Source of the DNA: Gammaproteobacteria bacterium
GTDB lineage: Bacteria > Pseudomonadota > Gammaproteobacteria > Ga0077536
Assembly (NCBI GenBank): GCA_009692265.1
Contig: SHZM01000009.1
Location: 1-64,000, forward strand
Length of the DNA: 64,000 nucleotides
Reading direction: 5' to 3'
The position numbers were made by a program, and so were the translations under genes. Below are positions 21,037-30,562 of the stretch, one piece after another; the stretch's first letter is position 1, and each line of letters opens with the position of its first letter. The notes beneath the pieces were generated by a model. The model saw nothing but the letters and a program-made list of their open reading frames with translations. It was not told where the DNA came from and did no database searches.

Positions 21037-23285
21037 TTCATCCCTATGTCACCGGCTACGCCGAGAAACTCGCGCTAAAAGCCGGCGAGACACAACGCTT
21101 CATGATCAGCGCTGAAGGCGTGACGGCGGTCGATGTGCAAATCGTGCGGCTAATTCATGGCGATGAAAACCCAGCCGGGCCCGGGTTCATCGAACACGAA
21201 GTTGACGCGAGCTGCAACGCGCCGGTAAGTGTGGTTCACCAATTCACCCAAGCGGGGAGCTACGCCGAAGTCCCGGATCCAGCGCTGAAGATCCGCTTGG
21301 AGCACGGCTTCACCGTGTACGCGTTCATTTGGCCAACAACCCCCGACAAGGGCCCGCAAGGTGTAATCACCCAATGTTCCAGCGCGGAGATGCGTGGCTT
21401 TGGGCTGGCAATAAGTAGTCGTGGTCGGCTCGCGTTGTGGCTGGGCGACGGTGCGAATTACGCAGAAATCGAAGCCGATAAACCGCTCGTCGCGAAGCTA
21501 TGGTATTTCGTTGCGGCCAGCTTTGACCCGCTCAGCGGCACGGTATCGCTCTATCAAGCGCCGGTGATCAATGCTTACAACAGCCTGTTGTCGCCGATTG
21601 TCCCGCTCGATCACCCCACTTACGTTACCACCCGTATCACCACGCGCCCGGCGGCACTGCAGCGACCCTTGTTGTTCGCCGGCTTTCACGATCGTGGCAC
21701 GCACGGTGACTGTGTCGGTGGCCTATACAACGGCAAGATCGACCGCGCGGGCTTGCAGGCGCGCGCGCTAACTCGCACCGAACTCGACGCGCTGCGCGGC
21801 GGCAGCGAGCCACCGCCCGACGGTCGGTTGGCCCGTTGGGATACTGCGGCGGGTTACACCGACACGGGGATCGGTGACCGAATCATCGATACCGGTCCCC
21901 ATGGTCTACATGGCAGAGGGATAAACCGCCCGGTGCGCGCGATGACTGGCTACAACTGGCGTGGCCGCAACGATTGCTTCCGATTGAATTCGGCCGAGTA
22001 CGGCGGGATTTATTTTAATGACGACGCGATCATCGATTGCAGCTGGCAGCCGAGCGTTGAGTGGCAGATTCCGATCGATCTCAAAAGCGGGGTATACGCT
22101 GCACGCCTACGCGGCAGCGACGTCGAGGATTATCTGACGTTCTTTGTCCGTCCCGCGCAACCCACCGCCAAGGTTGCGATGCTGATGCCGACCGCCAGCT
22201 ATCTCGCCTACGCCAATGAGCGCTTCGTGCTTGACGCACCGGGTGTCCAAGTCCTCACCGGTCATCCGCTGGTGCTACACGACCAAGATTACTTGCTTCA
22301 CGCGCATCCCGAATGGGGCCGCTCCAGCTATGACCATCACAGCGACGGTGCCGGTGTGTGCTACAGTTCCTACCGCCGCCCGATCATGGGTCTGCGCCCG
22401 AAGGCACGGATGGCCTCGACCGGCGTGCCGTGGCAGTTCGCCGCGGATATGTCGATCGTTTACTGGTTAGAACAAACCGGGATCGCCTACGACGTAATCA
22501 CCGACGAAGATCTGCATTACGGTGGTCTCGCCGCGATCAAACCCTACCAAGTGGTGTTGAACGGCACTCACTCCGAGTACTACAGCGAAAAAATGTTGGA
22601 CGCGACCGAAACGTATCTCGCCGAAGGTGGGCGCGTGATGTATCTAGGCGCGAACGGCTACTACTGGGTGGTCGCGTTCCGCGACGAGGAACCCTGGTGC
22701 ATGGAGATCCGCAAACTCGATTCGGGCTCGCGTGCCTGGCAGGCCGCGCCTGGCGAATACTACATGGCGACTACCGGCGAGAAAGGTGGGATCTGGCGCA
22801 ATCGCGGTCGCCCGCCACAGAAGCTGATGGGGGTAGGCTTTACGTCCGAAGGCATGGACGAGAGCATGCCGTATCGCAAATTACCTGATGCGACGAATCC
22901 TACCGTTGCCTGGGTTTTCGAGGGCGTGACTAATGAGGTGTTTGGTGATACCGGCTTGGGCTTGAACGGTGCCGCGGGTATTGAACTCGATCGCTACGAT
23001 CTTGGCTGGGGCACGCCACCCAACACCTGGTTGCTTGCGACTTCTGAAGGGCATTCGGATCACTACCCGCATGTCGGTGAGGAAGTGATGTTCAATTACC
23101 CTGGCCTCGGTGGCACCCAGGATTTTCAGATCCGAGCCGACCTCACCTTATTCGGCACCACCAATGGCGGCGCCGTGTTTGCGACGGGATCGATCTCGTG
23201 GGGTCAGGCGCTGCCGATTAATGCGGATATCGCACGAATTACGGCGAATGTGTTGCAACGCTTTCTGGACGAGACGCCAATTTAG
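21033..23285 (+). CDS. N,N-dimethylformamidase large (beta) subunit-like protein (N-terminal LamG/ConA-like domain plus C-terminal glutamine-amidotransferase-like domain)
   Basis: 750 aa. The size and two-gene small+large arrangement match DmfA1/DmfA2-type enzymes. The ConA-like region is FTVYAFIWPTT...LALWLGDG...LWYFVAASFD. Confidence 0.4.
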   Translation: MIHPYVTGYAEKLALKAGETQRFMISAEGVTAVDVQIVRLIHGDENPAGPGFIEHEVDASCNAPVSVVHQFTQAGSYAEVPDPALKIRLEHGFTVYAFIWPTTPDKGPQGVITQCSSAEMRGFGLAISSRGRLALWLGDGANYAEIEADKPLVAKLWYFVAASFDPLSGTVSLYQAPVINAYNSLLSPIVPLDHPTYVTTRITTRPAALQRPLLFAGFHDRGTHGDCVGGLYNGKIDRAGLQARALTRTELDALRGGSEPPPDGRLARWDTAAGYTDTGIGDRIIDTGPHGLHGRGINRPVRAMTGYNWRGRNDCFRLNSAEYGGIYFNDDAIIDCSWQPSVEWQIPIDLKSGVYAARLRGSDVEDYLTFFVRPAQPTAKVAMLMPTASYLAYANERFVLDAPGVQVLTGHPLVLHDQDYLLHAHPEWGRSSYDHHSDGAGVCYSSYRRPIMGLRPKARMASTGVPWQFAADMSIVYWLEQTGIAYDVITDEDLHYGGLAAIKPYQVVLNGTHSEYYSEKMLDATETYLAEGGRVMYLGANGYYWVVAFRDEEPWCMEIRKLDSGSRAWQAAPGEYYMATTGEKGGIWRNRGRPPQKLMGVGFTSEGMDESMPYRKLPDATNPTVAWVFEGVTNEVFGDTGLGLNGAAGIELDRYDLGWGTPPNTWLLATSEGHSDHYPHVGEEVMFNYPGLGGTQDFQIRADLTLFGTTNGGAVFATGSISWGQALPINADIARITANVLQRFLDETPI

Positions 23286-23397
23286 CGGCGCGACTCGAAG
23301 CGGTCATTTTTTTGAGAGCAGAACGCGACCACCGTAAATCCGTACAACGCATGCTGTATTGGATGCACGATCAACCTTGGATAAGCAGGAGGAACCT

Positions 23398-24177
23398 ATG
23401 ATCCGTTTCGAATTCGCTTTACGCCGTAAACCCGGCATGACGCGCGCGGAATTTCAGCAGTACTGGCGCGTGGTACACGGCCCGCTCGTCGCCAAGCACG
23501 CGAGTACCTTGAATATTCATCGCTACGTCCAACTTCACACCCTTGACGATCCGATAAACGACGCGCTGGCCGAGGCACGCGGCGGCATGGAGCCAGCCTA
23601 CGATGGAGTGGCCGAGTTGTGGTGGAAGACGCCAGAGGAACTTGAGGCGTTTAGCAGCGCGGCCGGCGAGGCCGCGGGTCGGGAATTGTTGGAAGACGAG
23701 AAGAAGTTCATCGACCTGCCCAATTCCCCGCTGTGGTTCGCCTACGAGTATCCGCAGGTGAATCCGTCCGAGGACATCATCGCGCGCGAGCACGGACCGC
23801 TGGTCAAGCTGTTCTTCTGCTTACGCCAATTGTCGACCCAGTCGCTCGAAGCGGCCCAACTTTATTGGCGGACTAACCATGGCCCGCTAATTCGCGGCGT
23901 AGCTCCTGGCTTTCGGATGCAGCGCTACCTGCAGGTCCATTACTGCGAAGACATGCCCGTCATCAGCGCGGTTCGCGCGGCACGCGGGACTGTTACAGCG
24001 CCCTACGCCGGGCACGCAGAGGCGTGGTTCAACCGCGCCGATCTGATGACCATGGCCACTATTCCCGAAGCGAATCGCGCGATGGAAATTGCGATCGCGG
24101 ATGAACGGAAATTCATCGATTTCCGCCGCTCCGCGATGTGGATCGGCAAGGAGCATACCTTCATCGATAGACGATGA
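23398..24177 (+). CDS. tandem EthD-domain protein (dimeric alpha/beta barrel)
   Basis: Two repeats of about 125 aa each begin with the R-KPGM--EEF--YW---HGPLV signature. AGGAGG ribosome-binding site precedes the ATG at 23398. Confidence 0.6.
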   Translation: MIRFEFALRRKPGMTRAEFQQYWRVVHGPLVAKHASTLNIHRYVQLHTLDDPINDALAEARGGMEPAYDGVAELWWKTPEELEAFSSAAGEAAGRELLEDEKKFIDLPNSPLWFAYEYPQVNPSEDIIAREHGPLVKLFFCLRQLSTQSLEAAQLYWRTNHGPLIRGVAPGFRMQRYLQVHYCEDMPVISAVRAARGTVTAPYAGHAEAWFNRADLMTMATIPEANRAMEIAIADERKFIDFRRSAMWIGKEHTFIDRR

Positions 24178-24223
24178 TCGAAAACGTTGCCGAATTACCC
24201 GCGCGCCAAGAGGAGTACACAAC

Positions 24224-24565
24224 ATGATCAAGCTAATTATTAATGTCGTTCGAAAGCCGGGGATGTCGCACGAGGAGTTTGCGGACTACTGGCGGAATAA
24301 ACATGGCCCGCTCGTGAAAAGCGTCACTGAATTCACCCGCCACGTCCGAAAATACGTGCAATGCCATTTAACAAGTAGTGGCATCCCGCTGGGTACCGTC
24401 GGCGTGTTCGATGGCATAGCCGAACTTTGGTTCGATAGCGTGAAAGACATGGAGCAGGCGTTCAGCGAACCCCGGTATATGGAGATTGTGCGACCAGATG
24501 AATTGAAGTTTGTCGATCTCGCGAAATGCGTATCGCTGGTCACGGAAGAGGTTTCGATGATTTAG
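24224..24565 (+). CDS. EthD-domain protein (single domain)
   Basis: MIKLIINVVRKPGMSHEEFADYWRNKHGPLV has the same signature as the upstream tandem protein. AGGAG ribosome-binding site precedes the ATG. Confidence 0.6.
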   Translation: MIKLIINVVRKPGMSHEEFADYWRNKHGPLVKSVTEFTRHVRKYVQCHLTSSGIPLGTVGVFDGIAELWFDSVKDMEQAFSEPRYMEIVRPDELKFVDLAKCVSLVTEEVSMI

Positions 24566-24602
24566 GGGAATTCGGGCGATCAGTAACAGGCTGGCGTGGT
24601 TC

Positions 24603-25364
24603 GTGGCCTCGCTGCCGCTGGCCGTGGTCACGTTCATCGGCGGGCTCGGCGTGACGCTCTTGATCTATCGACCAGAACAAAGCCCGCGCATTTCGCGTGA
24701 GATGCTCGATGCGCAACTTGAGGCGCTGGGCAAAGCTTCGCGCGCCGAGATCGTCAACGCGCTCGTACTCGGCGCGGCGATCGTCGGTTGGCTCACGAGT
24801 CCCTACCACGGCATCGACGTGGCGTGGGTGGCCATGGGTGGGCTGACAGTCTTGCTCGCCGCCAATATGCTTGGTCGAAGGGCGTTTCGCGCCAGCATCT
24901 ACTGGGATTTTCTGTTTTACCTCGGCACGGTGCTGAGTTTGACCGGGGTGGTGCGTCATCTCGGGATCGATACCTGGTTGATCCATCTAATCGAACCGAC
25001 GATTGCGCCGCTGGTTCAGTACCCGCTGGCCTTGCTGCTGTTGCTGGCGGTGTCGATCTACGCCGCGCGGTTCGTGCTACCGAGCATTCCGCTGGTCTCG
25101 CTCCTCGTGCTCACAGTGGTGCCGATTACCTCGGCGGCCGGGATCAGCCCGATGGTCCTGCTAATAGTGCTTTCGACCGCCGTGAGTGTTTGGTTCATGC
25201 CCTACCAGAGCGCGTACTACCTCGCGCTCTACTTCGGGACCAAGGAACAGGCCTTCACCCACCGCCAAGCACGCCCGATGGCCTGGGCCTACGGCGTGAT
25301 TTACTTGGTGGCGATCGCGGACGGGATCCCATTCTGGGGGATGCTAGGCCTGTTGCCGGGCTAA
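24603..25364 (+). CDS. polytopic membrane protein resembling the C-terminal half of a DASS/ArsB-type anion permease
   Basis: 253 aa with about 7 transmembrane helices and no N-terminal half in a flanking frame. Confidence 0.35.
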   Translation: MASLPLAVVTFIGGLGVTLLIYRPEQSPRISREMLDAQLEALGKASRAEIVNALVLGAAIVGWLTSPYHGIDVAWVAMGGLTVLLAANMLGRRAFRASIYWDFLFYLGTVLSLTGVVRHLGIDTWLIHLIEPTIAPLVQYPLALLLLLAVSIYAARFVLPSIPLVSLLVLTVVPITSAAGISPMVLLIVLSTAVSVWFMPYQSAYYLALYFGTKEQAFTHRQARPMAWAYGVIYLVAIADGIPFWGMLGLLPG

Positions 25365-27056
25365 GCCCAGCGCGGGTTCTAGGTCTGTTTCTTGACTCGG
25401 TGCGGTTTCGCCGAGTTTTCGAAACTCGATGCCCTTGAAATTTTCCGCCGCGACTTGAGTGATCGTGGCGCGGAATTTCGGGGCACCGCCGTTGTAAACG
25501 AAATAACGCACTTTGCCGTGTTCGTGCCCCGCGACGTTGGAGTTGTACCCAGTGAACCACCCTTTGGCTTTGCGCATCAGCATGGTGCTGTACATCTTGG
25601 CCACGTGATTGGTCCATCGCGTTTCGGCCTCTGGCGTGGCCTCCATACGGGTGTAACCGTGTTTCCAGGTGTAATCGAACAGGCTCATCACCCAATCCAC
25701 CCCGACTTCGATCCCGCGTGGAAAGTTCGTCGAGGCCGAGCCGCTCTGCGGGCCCGCGACCGTGATGAAGTTCGGGAAGCCGTTGACCTGCATGCCGAGG
25801 AAAGTGCTCGGGCCGTCGGCCCATTTATCACGCAGCCGCTGGCCGCCCACGCCGCGAAAGTCGATCCGGTCGAAGGAGCCGGTGATGGCATCGAAACCAG
25901 TGGCGTAGACGATGATGTCGAACTCAAAGTCGCGTTGCGAGGTACGGATCCCCGTCGGAGTGATCCGCTCAATCGGAGTCTCTTGGATATCGACGAGGTG
26001 GACGTTGTCGCGGTTGTAGGCTTCGTAATACCTGGTTTCCAAGGGCACGCGCTGGATCCCGAAGCCGTGGTCCTTCGGAATCAGTTTCTCGGCGAGAACT
26101 GGGTCATTCACCCGGGCTCGGATCCTGCCGGCGATATATTCGGAGAACTCAGCATTCGCGACTTCGTCGGTGAAGATCTCCCGGAAGTTGCACAGCCAAA
26201 TCCCGAAGCCTGGTTCAGCGTACAGCCGATCCCACAGCGCCTTGCGCTCTTCGGCTGATACCTCGTAGAAACCTCGGCGATCCGGCTCATGCTCGAAGCC
26301 GCCCGGAGTGCGCAGGCAGGTTTCGAATATTTCGTCGTAACGCGCGCGGATCGCGGCCATCTCCTCGTCTAAGATCGGCCCATTGTTCAACGGTGCGCAC
26401 CAATTAGGGCGACGTTGGAAGACCGTGAGTTCGGCGACTTTGTCGGCGATTTCACCGATAACCTGTACGCCGGTCGCGCCCGTGCCAATGACCGCGACTT
26501 TCTTTCCCTTAAGGTCGAGCGGTTCATGCGGCCAGTAATAGGTGTGGAACGAGGGGCCCTTAAAACTCTCCATCCCCGCGATCCGAGGCAGGGTCGGCGC
26601 CGAGAGTAAGCCGAGCCCGGTAATTAAAAAGCGGCCGGTGAGATCGCGGCCATCCGCGAGATGCAATCGCCACAGATCGTAGGTCTCGTCGAAAGTCGCG
26701 GACTCGACCTTGGCGTTGAACTGCATGTGTCGGCGCAAATCAAACTTGGTCGCGACATGGTTCAAATAGCGCAGATTCTCGGGCTGGCCCGAGAAGCGTT
26801 CTTTCCAATGCCATTCGTTCAGCAATTCCTTCGAAAACGAAAAACCATAGGTATAGGACTCCGAATCGAAGCGACAGCCGGGATAACGATTATTAAACCA
26901 AGTTCCACCAAGGTCCGCCGCGGCTTCGACCACCGTGGCGTTAACGCCACGTTCGCGTAAGCGGTACAGCTGGTAGATCCCCGCCACTCCGGCCCCGATG
27001 ATGATCACTTCGTACTGTGGGCTCTCGATCACCCCTGCGGTTGCTTGTTTAACCAT
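25344..27056 (-). CDS. Baeyer-Villiger (type I flavin-containing) monooxygenase
   Basis: Rossmann GAGVAGIY, the BVMO fingerprint FKGPSFHTYYWP (FxGxxxHxxxW) and a second GxGxxG motif (GTGATG). Confidence 0.85.
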   Translation of the reverse strand: MVKQATAGVIESPQYEVIIIGAGVAGIYQLYRLRERGVNATVVEAAADLGGTWFNNRYPGCRFDSESYTYGFSFSKELLNEWHWKERFSGQPENLRYLNHVATKFDLRRHMQFNAKVESATFDETYDLWRLHLADGRDLTGRFLITGLGLLSAPTLPRIAGMESFKGPSFHTYYWPHEPLDLKGKKVAVIGTGATGVQVIGEIADKVAELTVFQRRPNWCAPLNNGPILDEEMAAIRARYDEIFETCLRTPGGFEHEPDRRGFYEVSAEERKALWDRLYAEPGFGIWLCNFREIFTDEVANAEFSEYIAGRIRARVNDPVLAEKLIPKDHGFGIQRVPLETRYYEAYNRDNVHLVDIQETPIERITPTGIRTSQRDFEFDIIVYATGFDAITGSFDRIDFRGVGGQRLRDKWADGPSTFLGMQVNGFPNFITVAGPQSGSASTNFPRGIEVGVDWVMSLFDYTWKHGYTRMEATPEAETRWTNHVAKMYSTMLMRKAKGWFTGYNSNVAGHEHGKVRYFVYNGGAPKFRATITQVAAENFKGIEFRKLGETAPSQETDLEPALGLARQQA

Positions 27057-27235
27057 TCAGAAATCCTCTTCGCTATTACGTGGCGCTATTACGAGGCATC
27101 CACTAAATTTGATTGTGTGGCACTGGGTCCGGGCGCGACGAAAAAAGCGCGCTTGAAACGGCAGCGGGCCGCCTACCCCGAACGCTAACATGACCCGCGT
27201 TGGGCGGTAAATAACCGGTGCGCGATCTTGCTCGC

Positions 27236-27934
27236 TTAGGTTTTACGCCAAACGCTAGCGAGCCACGGTTGTTGTGCACAGGGTAACCCAGGCGGCCGGT
27301 AATAGTGGGTCAGCTCAAAAAATCCGGCCCTCGTCAGCAGCGCACGCCAGCGCGCAAGATCGTGGTACGCACCGTAGCGATCCCCGTTCCAGCCTTCTCG
27401 ATTATCACCGCGTGGGTTGGAGCTAAACAGCACGCCGTCGGGCTTCAAGGAGGCATGCAGCGCCGTTAAGACCTGCGGCAGCGCGCTACTTGGCAGGTGA
27501 AACAACACGGCGTTCGCGAAAATCCCGTCGAAGCGCGCTGGCGGGAGCTCAAGCGCCAGAAAATTCTGATGAAAAACGTCGCAGCCACTGTAATTCCGGG
27601 CCATCTCGACGAATTGCGCGGATCCGTCCAGGCCCACGGCTTCATGGCCGAGATCGCGAAAGGTTTTGAGATCGCGCCCTGGACCGCAACCAAGGTCAAG
27701 CACTGTATACGGTGGCTCTCCGGAAATGTGAGTCAGCAGGGCCTCGATATTTTGCCGTACGTCATGGTCACGGGTGCCCGCCCAGTACTGCGCGGCCCGA
27801 ACCTCGTAATGCGCGATGGTGCGCAGGGTGATATCGGCCAACTCGGGTTCTAGTGCATGCATGCTGTTGCGGAATTTAGCAGAAGGTGAGGCCAGGTAGC
27901 TCACCTCCGATCGTGTAACCGCAGGTAAAAGCAA
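27236..27934 (-). CDS. class I SAM-dependent methyltransferase
   Basis: VLDLGCGPGRD motif I; 232 aa. Confidence 0.7.
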   Translation of the reverse strand: MLLPAVTRSEVSYLASPSAKFRNSMHALEPELADITLRTIAHYEVRAAQYWAGTRDHDVRQNIEALLTHISGEPPYTVLDLGCGPGRDLKTFRDLGHEAVGLDGSAQFVEMARNYSGCDVFHQNFLALELPPARFDGIFANAVLFHLPSSALPQVLTALHASLKPDGVLFSSNPRGDNREGWNGDRYGAYHDLARWRALLTRAGFFELTHYYRPPGLPCAQQPWLASVWRKT

Positions 27935-27971
27935 GCTCGCGGCGCACGACGAATATCGCTAAGGTGGCGGG

Positions 27972-29270
27972 ATGATACCTTCCGACGCCATGCGCACCGA
28001 CTCAGCTCCCGGCAGTGGCGTACGTCGTTACGTGCTCGGGATTCTGGTCGTGGTCTATACCTTTAATTTCATAGACCGCCAGATCCTCTCGATCCTGCTG
28101 CAGGACATTAAGGAGGATCTCGGTCTTTCCGATTCGTTGCTTGGGTTACTCAGCGGGTTTGCGTTCGCGGCGTTTTACGCCACCTTGGGGATCCCGATCG
28201 CGCGCTACGCCGATCGCGCCAATCGCCGGAATTTGATCGCTTATGCTCTCGCCTTGTGGAGCGGGATGACGGCACTTTCGGGTCTCGCTCAAAACTTCTG
28301 GCAACTCCTCGCGGCGCGGATCGGCGTTGGGATCGGCGAAGCAGGATGCACGCCGCCGGCGAACGCGATTTTGTCTGACTATTATCCGCCGGAGCAGCGC
28401 GCGACCGCGTTCGGGATCTACGCGATGGGGATCCCGATCGGCATCCTGTTTGGTTTTCTGGTCGGCGGTTGGATTAACGAATTTTTTGGCTGGCGCAAAG
28501 CCTTCTTTATTGTCGGCCTGCCGGGATTATTGCTCGCGATCCTCGTGCGCTACACCGTGCGTGAACCGGTACGTGGCCAGAGTGAGCAGCGCGTCGTGGT
28601 TGGCGAGCAACCGAGCTTGCGCGAAACCTTCGAACATCTGCGGCGCAAGCGCGCCTTTGTCCACCTTGCGCTCGGCGGTGGTCTTACCGCGTTCGTGGGT
28701 TACTCGTGGATCGTGTGGATGCCGGCGTTTCTGATGCGCTCCCACGGCATGTCCTCCGGTGAAGTCGGCACCGCACTCGGGTTGATCGTTGGAATTGCGG
28801 GGGCGATCGGGATTGCGGCCGGGGGGTATCTTGCGGACCGTGTCGCGCGCTTTGATCGTCGCTGGTCATTGTGGCTTGTCAGCGTGGCCGTTGTGATCAA
28901 TATCCCGTTCGCCGCTGGCGTTTTCTTCGCGACGAACGCGAGCGACGCGCTGTTGTGGATGATCGTGCCGTTCCTGCTCGGGAATTTCTGGCAGGGCACG
29001 TCGTTCGCGCAAACGCAGGGCTTGGTGGGGTTACGCATGCGCGCGGTCGCGGCCGCGGTGCTGCTGTTTATCGTGAATATGATCGGGCTTGGGGCAGGCC
29101 CACAATTGGTCGGGATTGTCAGCGATCTCTTGAACCCGCGCTTCGGCGCGGATTCCCTGCGCTGGGCGCTCGCGATCTGTTCGTTGATGAATCTATGGGC
29201 CGCAGTCCATTTTTATATCGCGGGACGCGCGCTTCCCGGTGAACTCGACGCCCAAGTCGGACGTGACTGA
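27972..29270 (+). CDS. MFS transporter (Spinster-like)
   Basis: 432 aa with 12 predicted transmembrane segments and the DRANRRNL loop 2-3 motif. Confidence 0.75.
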   Translation: MIPSDAMRTDSAPGSGVRRYVLGILVVVYTFNFIDRQILSILLQDIKEDLGLSDSLLGLLSGFAFAAFYATLGIPIARYADRANRRNLIAYALALWSGMTALSGLAQNFWQLLAARIGVGIGEAGCTPPANAILSDYYPPEQRATAFGIYAMGIPIGILFGFLVGGWINEFFGWRKAFFIVGLPGLLLAILVRYTVREPVRGQSEQRVVVGEQPSLRETFEHLRRKRAFVHLALGGGLTAFVGYSWIVWMPAFLMRSHGMSSGEVGTALGLIVGIAGAIGIAAGGYLADRVARFDRRWSLWLVSVAVVINIPFAAGVFFATNASDALLWMIVPFLLGNFWQGTSFAQTQGLVGLRMRAVAAAVLLFIVNMIGLGAGPQLVGIVSDLLNPRFGADSLRWALAICSLMNLWAAVHFYIAGRALPGELDAQVGRD

Positions 29271-29323
29271 CGTGGATTTCGCGCGAGCGCGTTTCCGCCG
29301 CTAGTTTCATAGAGAAATACTCA

Positions 29324-30520
29324 ATGACTCATCACCACACGCACTCCAACTTGAAGTCGCTGGGGATCGACCCGGTGCGCTTCGAACGTTTAGCTGCACG
29401 AGTTACGCAGGACCTCGACTGCGGTCGCTACAACGGTGCCGCGTTAATCGTGGCTCGGCATGGTGAGATAGCGCTTGATTTATGCGCGGGCTTTGCCGAT
29501 CGCGCCACGAATCGCGCACTCGAACGCGATTCGATCTTTCATTTGATGTCGCTCAGCAAAGCCTTGACCGCGATCGTCGCGTTACGACTTATCGAAGACG
29601 GGGTGTTTTGCTTAACGACACCGATCGCGGACGTGATCCCGGAGTTTGGCCGGGCTGGCAAGGAAGCGATTAACGTCTATCATCTTCTCACGCAAACCGG
29701 CGGCTTGCCGATCGATACTCCCGGCGCGGCCATCGATGTCATCGCCAACCTCGAACGCTATGCGGCGTGGACCTTCGATAAGGCGGCGAGCTGCAAGCCC
29801 GGTACGCAGGTTGCGTATTCGGTGCTCGTCGCGCACTCGGTGTTGGGGCTGTTCATGGAACGTGCGAGCGGGAAACCCTTTGTCGAGTTAATGGATAGCC
29901 TGCTGTTTGAGCCACTCGGCATGCGTGATACCGCTTACGGACCGCGCCCGGATTTAATGGCGCGCCGGTGTCCGCTGGCACCGGCAGCCTATTTGTCCGA
30001 GACGAAGCATCAAGCCGCGCACGATCTCGCGCTGACCCACATCGAACGCATTACCGGCTATTCGACCTACCCAGGATCAGTCGCGCCGGGCGGTGGTGGA
30101 TTTTCCACCGCGCACGACATTCATCGCTTGGCCGAGATGTTGCGTAACGGTGGTGAATTCGACGGCGCGCGGATTTTATCTCCCGCCACTTTGGATCTGG
30201 TTGCGCGCAACCATACCGGGGAGATGCCCAACCAGATCTTCAAAATTCTGTTTGCGAATCGGCATTGGGTGGAATGTCAGGCGAACCTTGCGCTTGGTTT
30301 CTGGGGTCGTGGCACCACGCCAATGCCCGGCCCGTTCGGCGATCTCAATTCCGCGCGCACCTTCGGCGGGATCGGTCGCGGGACCACCTTGTTCTGGATC
30401 GATCCCGATCTCGATATGACCCTGGTGTTGTTGACGACCGGCTTGATGGACGAAGGCGACAACTTCGTGCGCTATTCGACATTGTCGAATTTGGCGGTGA
30501 CGTCGATCGTCAATCGGTAG
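29324..30520 (+). CDS. serine hydrolase of the beta-lactamase/PBP family (class C-like)
   Basis: S-x-x-K active-site motif in HLMSLSKALTA; 398 aa. Confidence 0.75.
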   Translation: MTHHHTHSNLKSLGIDPVRFERLAARVTQDLDCGRYNGAALIVARHGEIALDLCAGFADRATNRALERDSIFHLMSLSKALTAIVALRLIEDGVFCLTTPIADVIPEFGRAGKEAINVYHLLTQTGGLPIDTPGAAIDVIANLERYAAWTFDKAASCKPGTQVAYSVLVAHSVLGLFMERASGKPFVELMDSLLFEPLGMRDTAYGPRPDLMARRCPLAPAAYLSETKHQAAHDLALTHIERITGYSTYPGSVAPGGGGFSTAHDIHRLAEMLRNGGEFDGARILSPATLDLVARNHTGEMPNQIFKILFANRHWVECQANLALGFWGRGTTPMPGPFGDLNSARTFGGIGRGTTLFWIDPDLDMTLVLLTTGLMDEGDNFVRYSTLSNLAVTSIVNR

Positions 30521-30562
30521 GTGGCCCTTCGACGATCGAATCCCCATAGCACGTAAGCAAGA

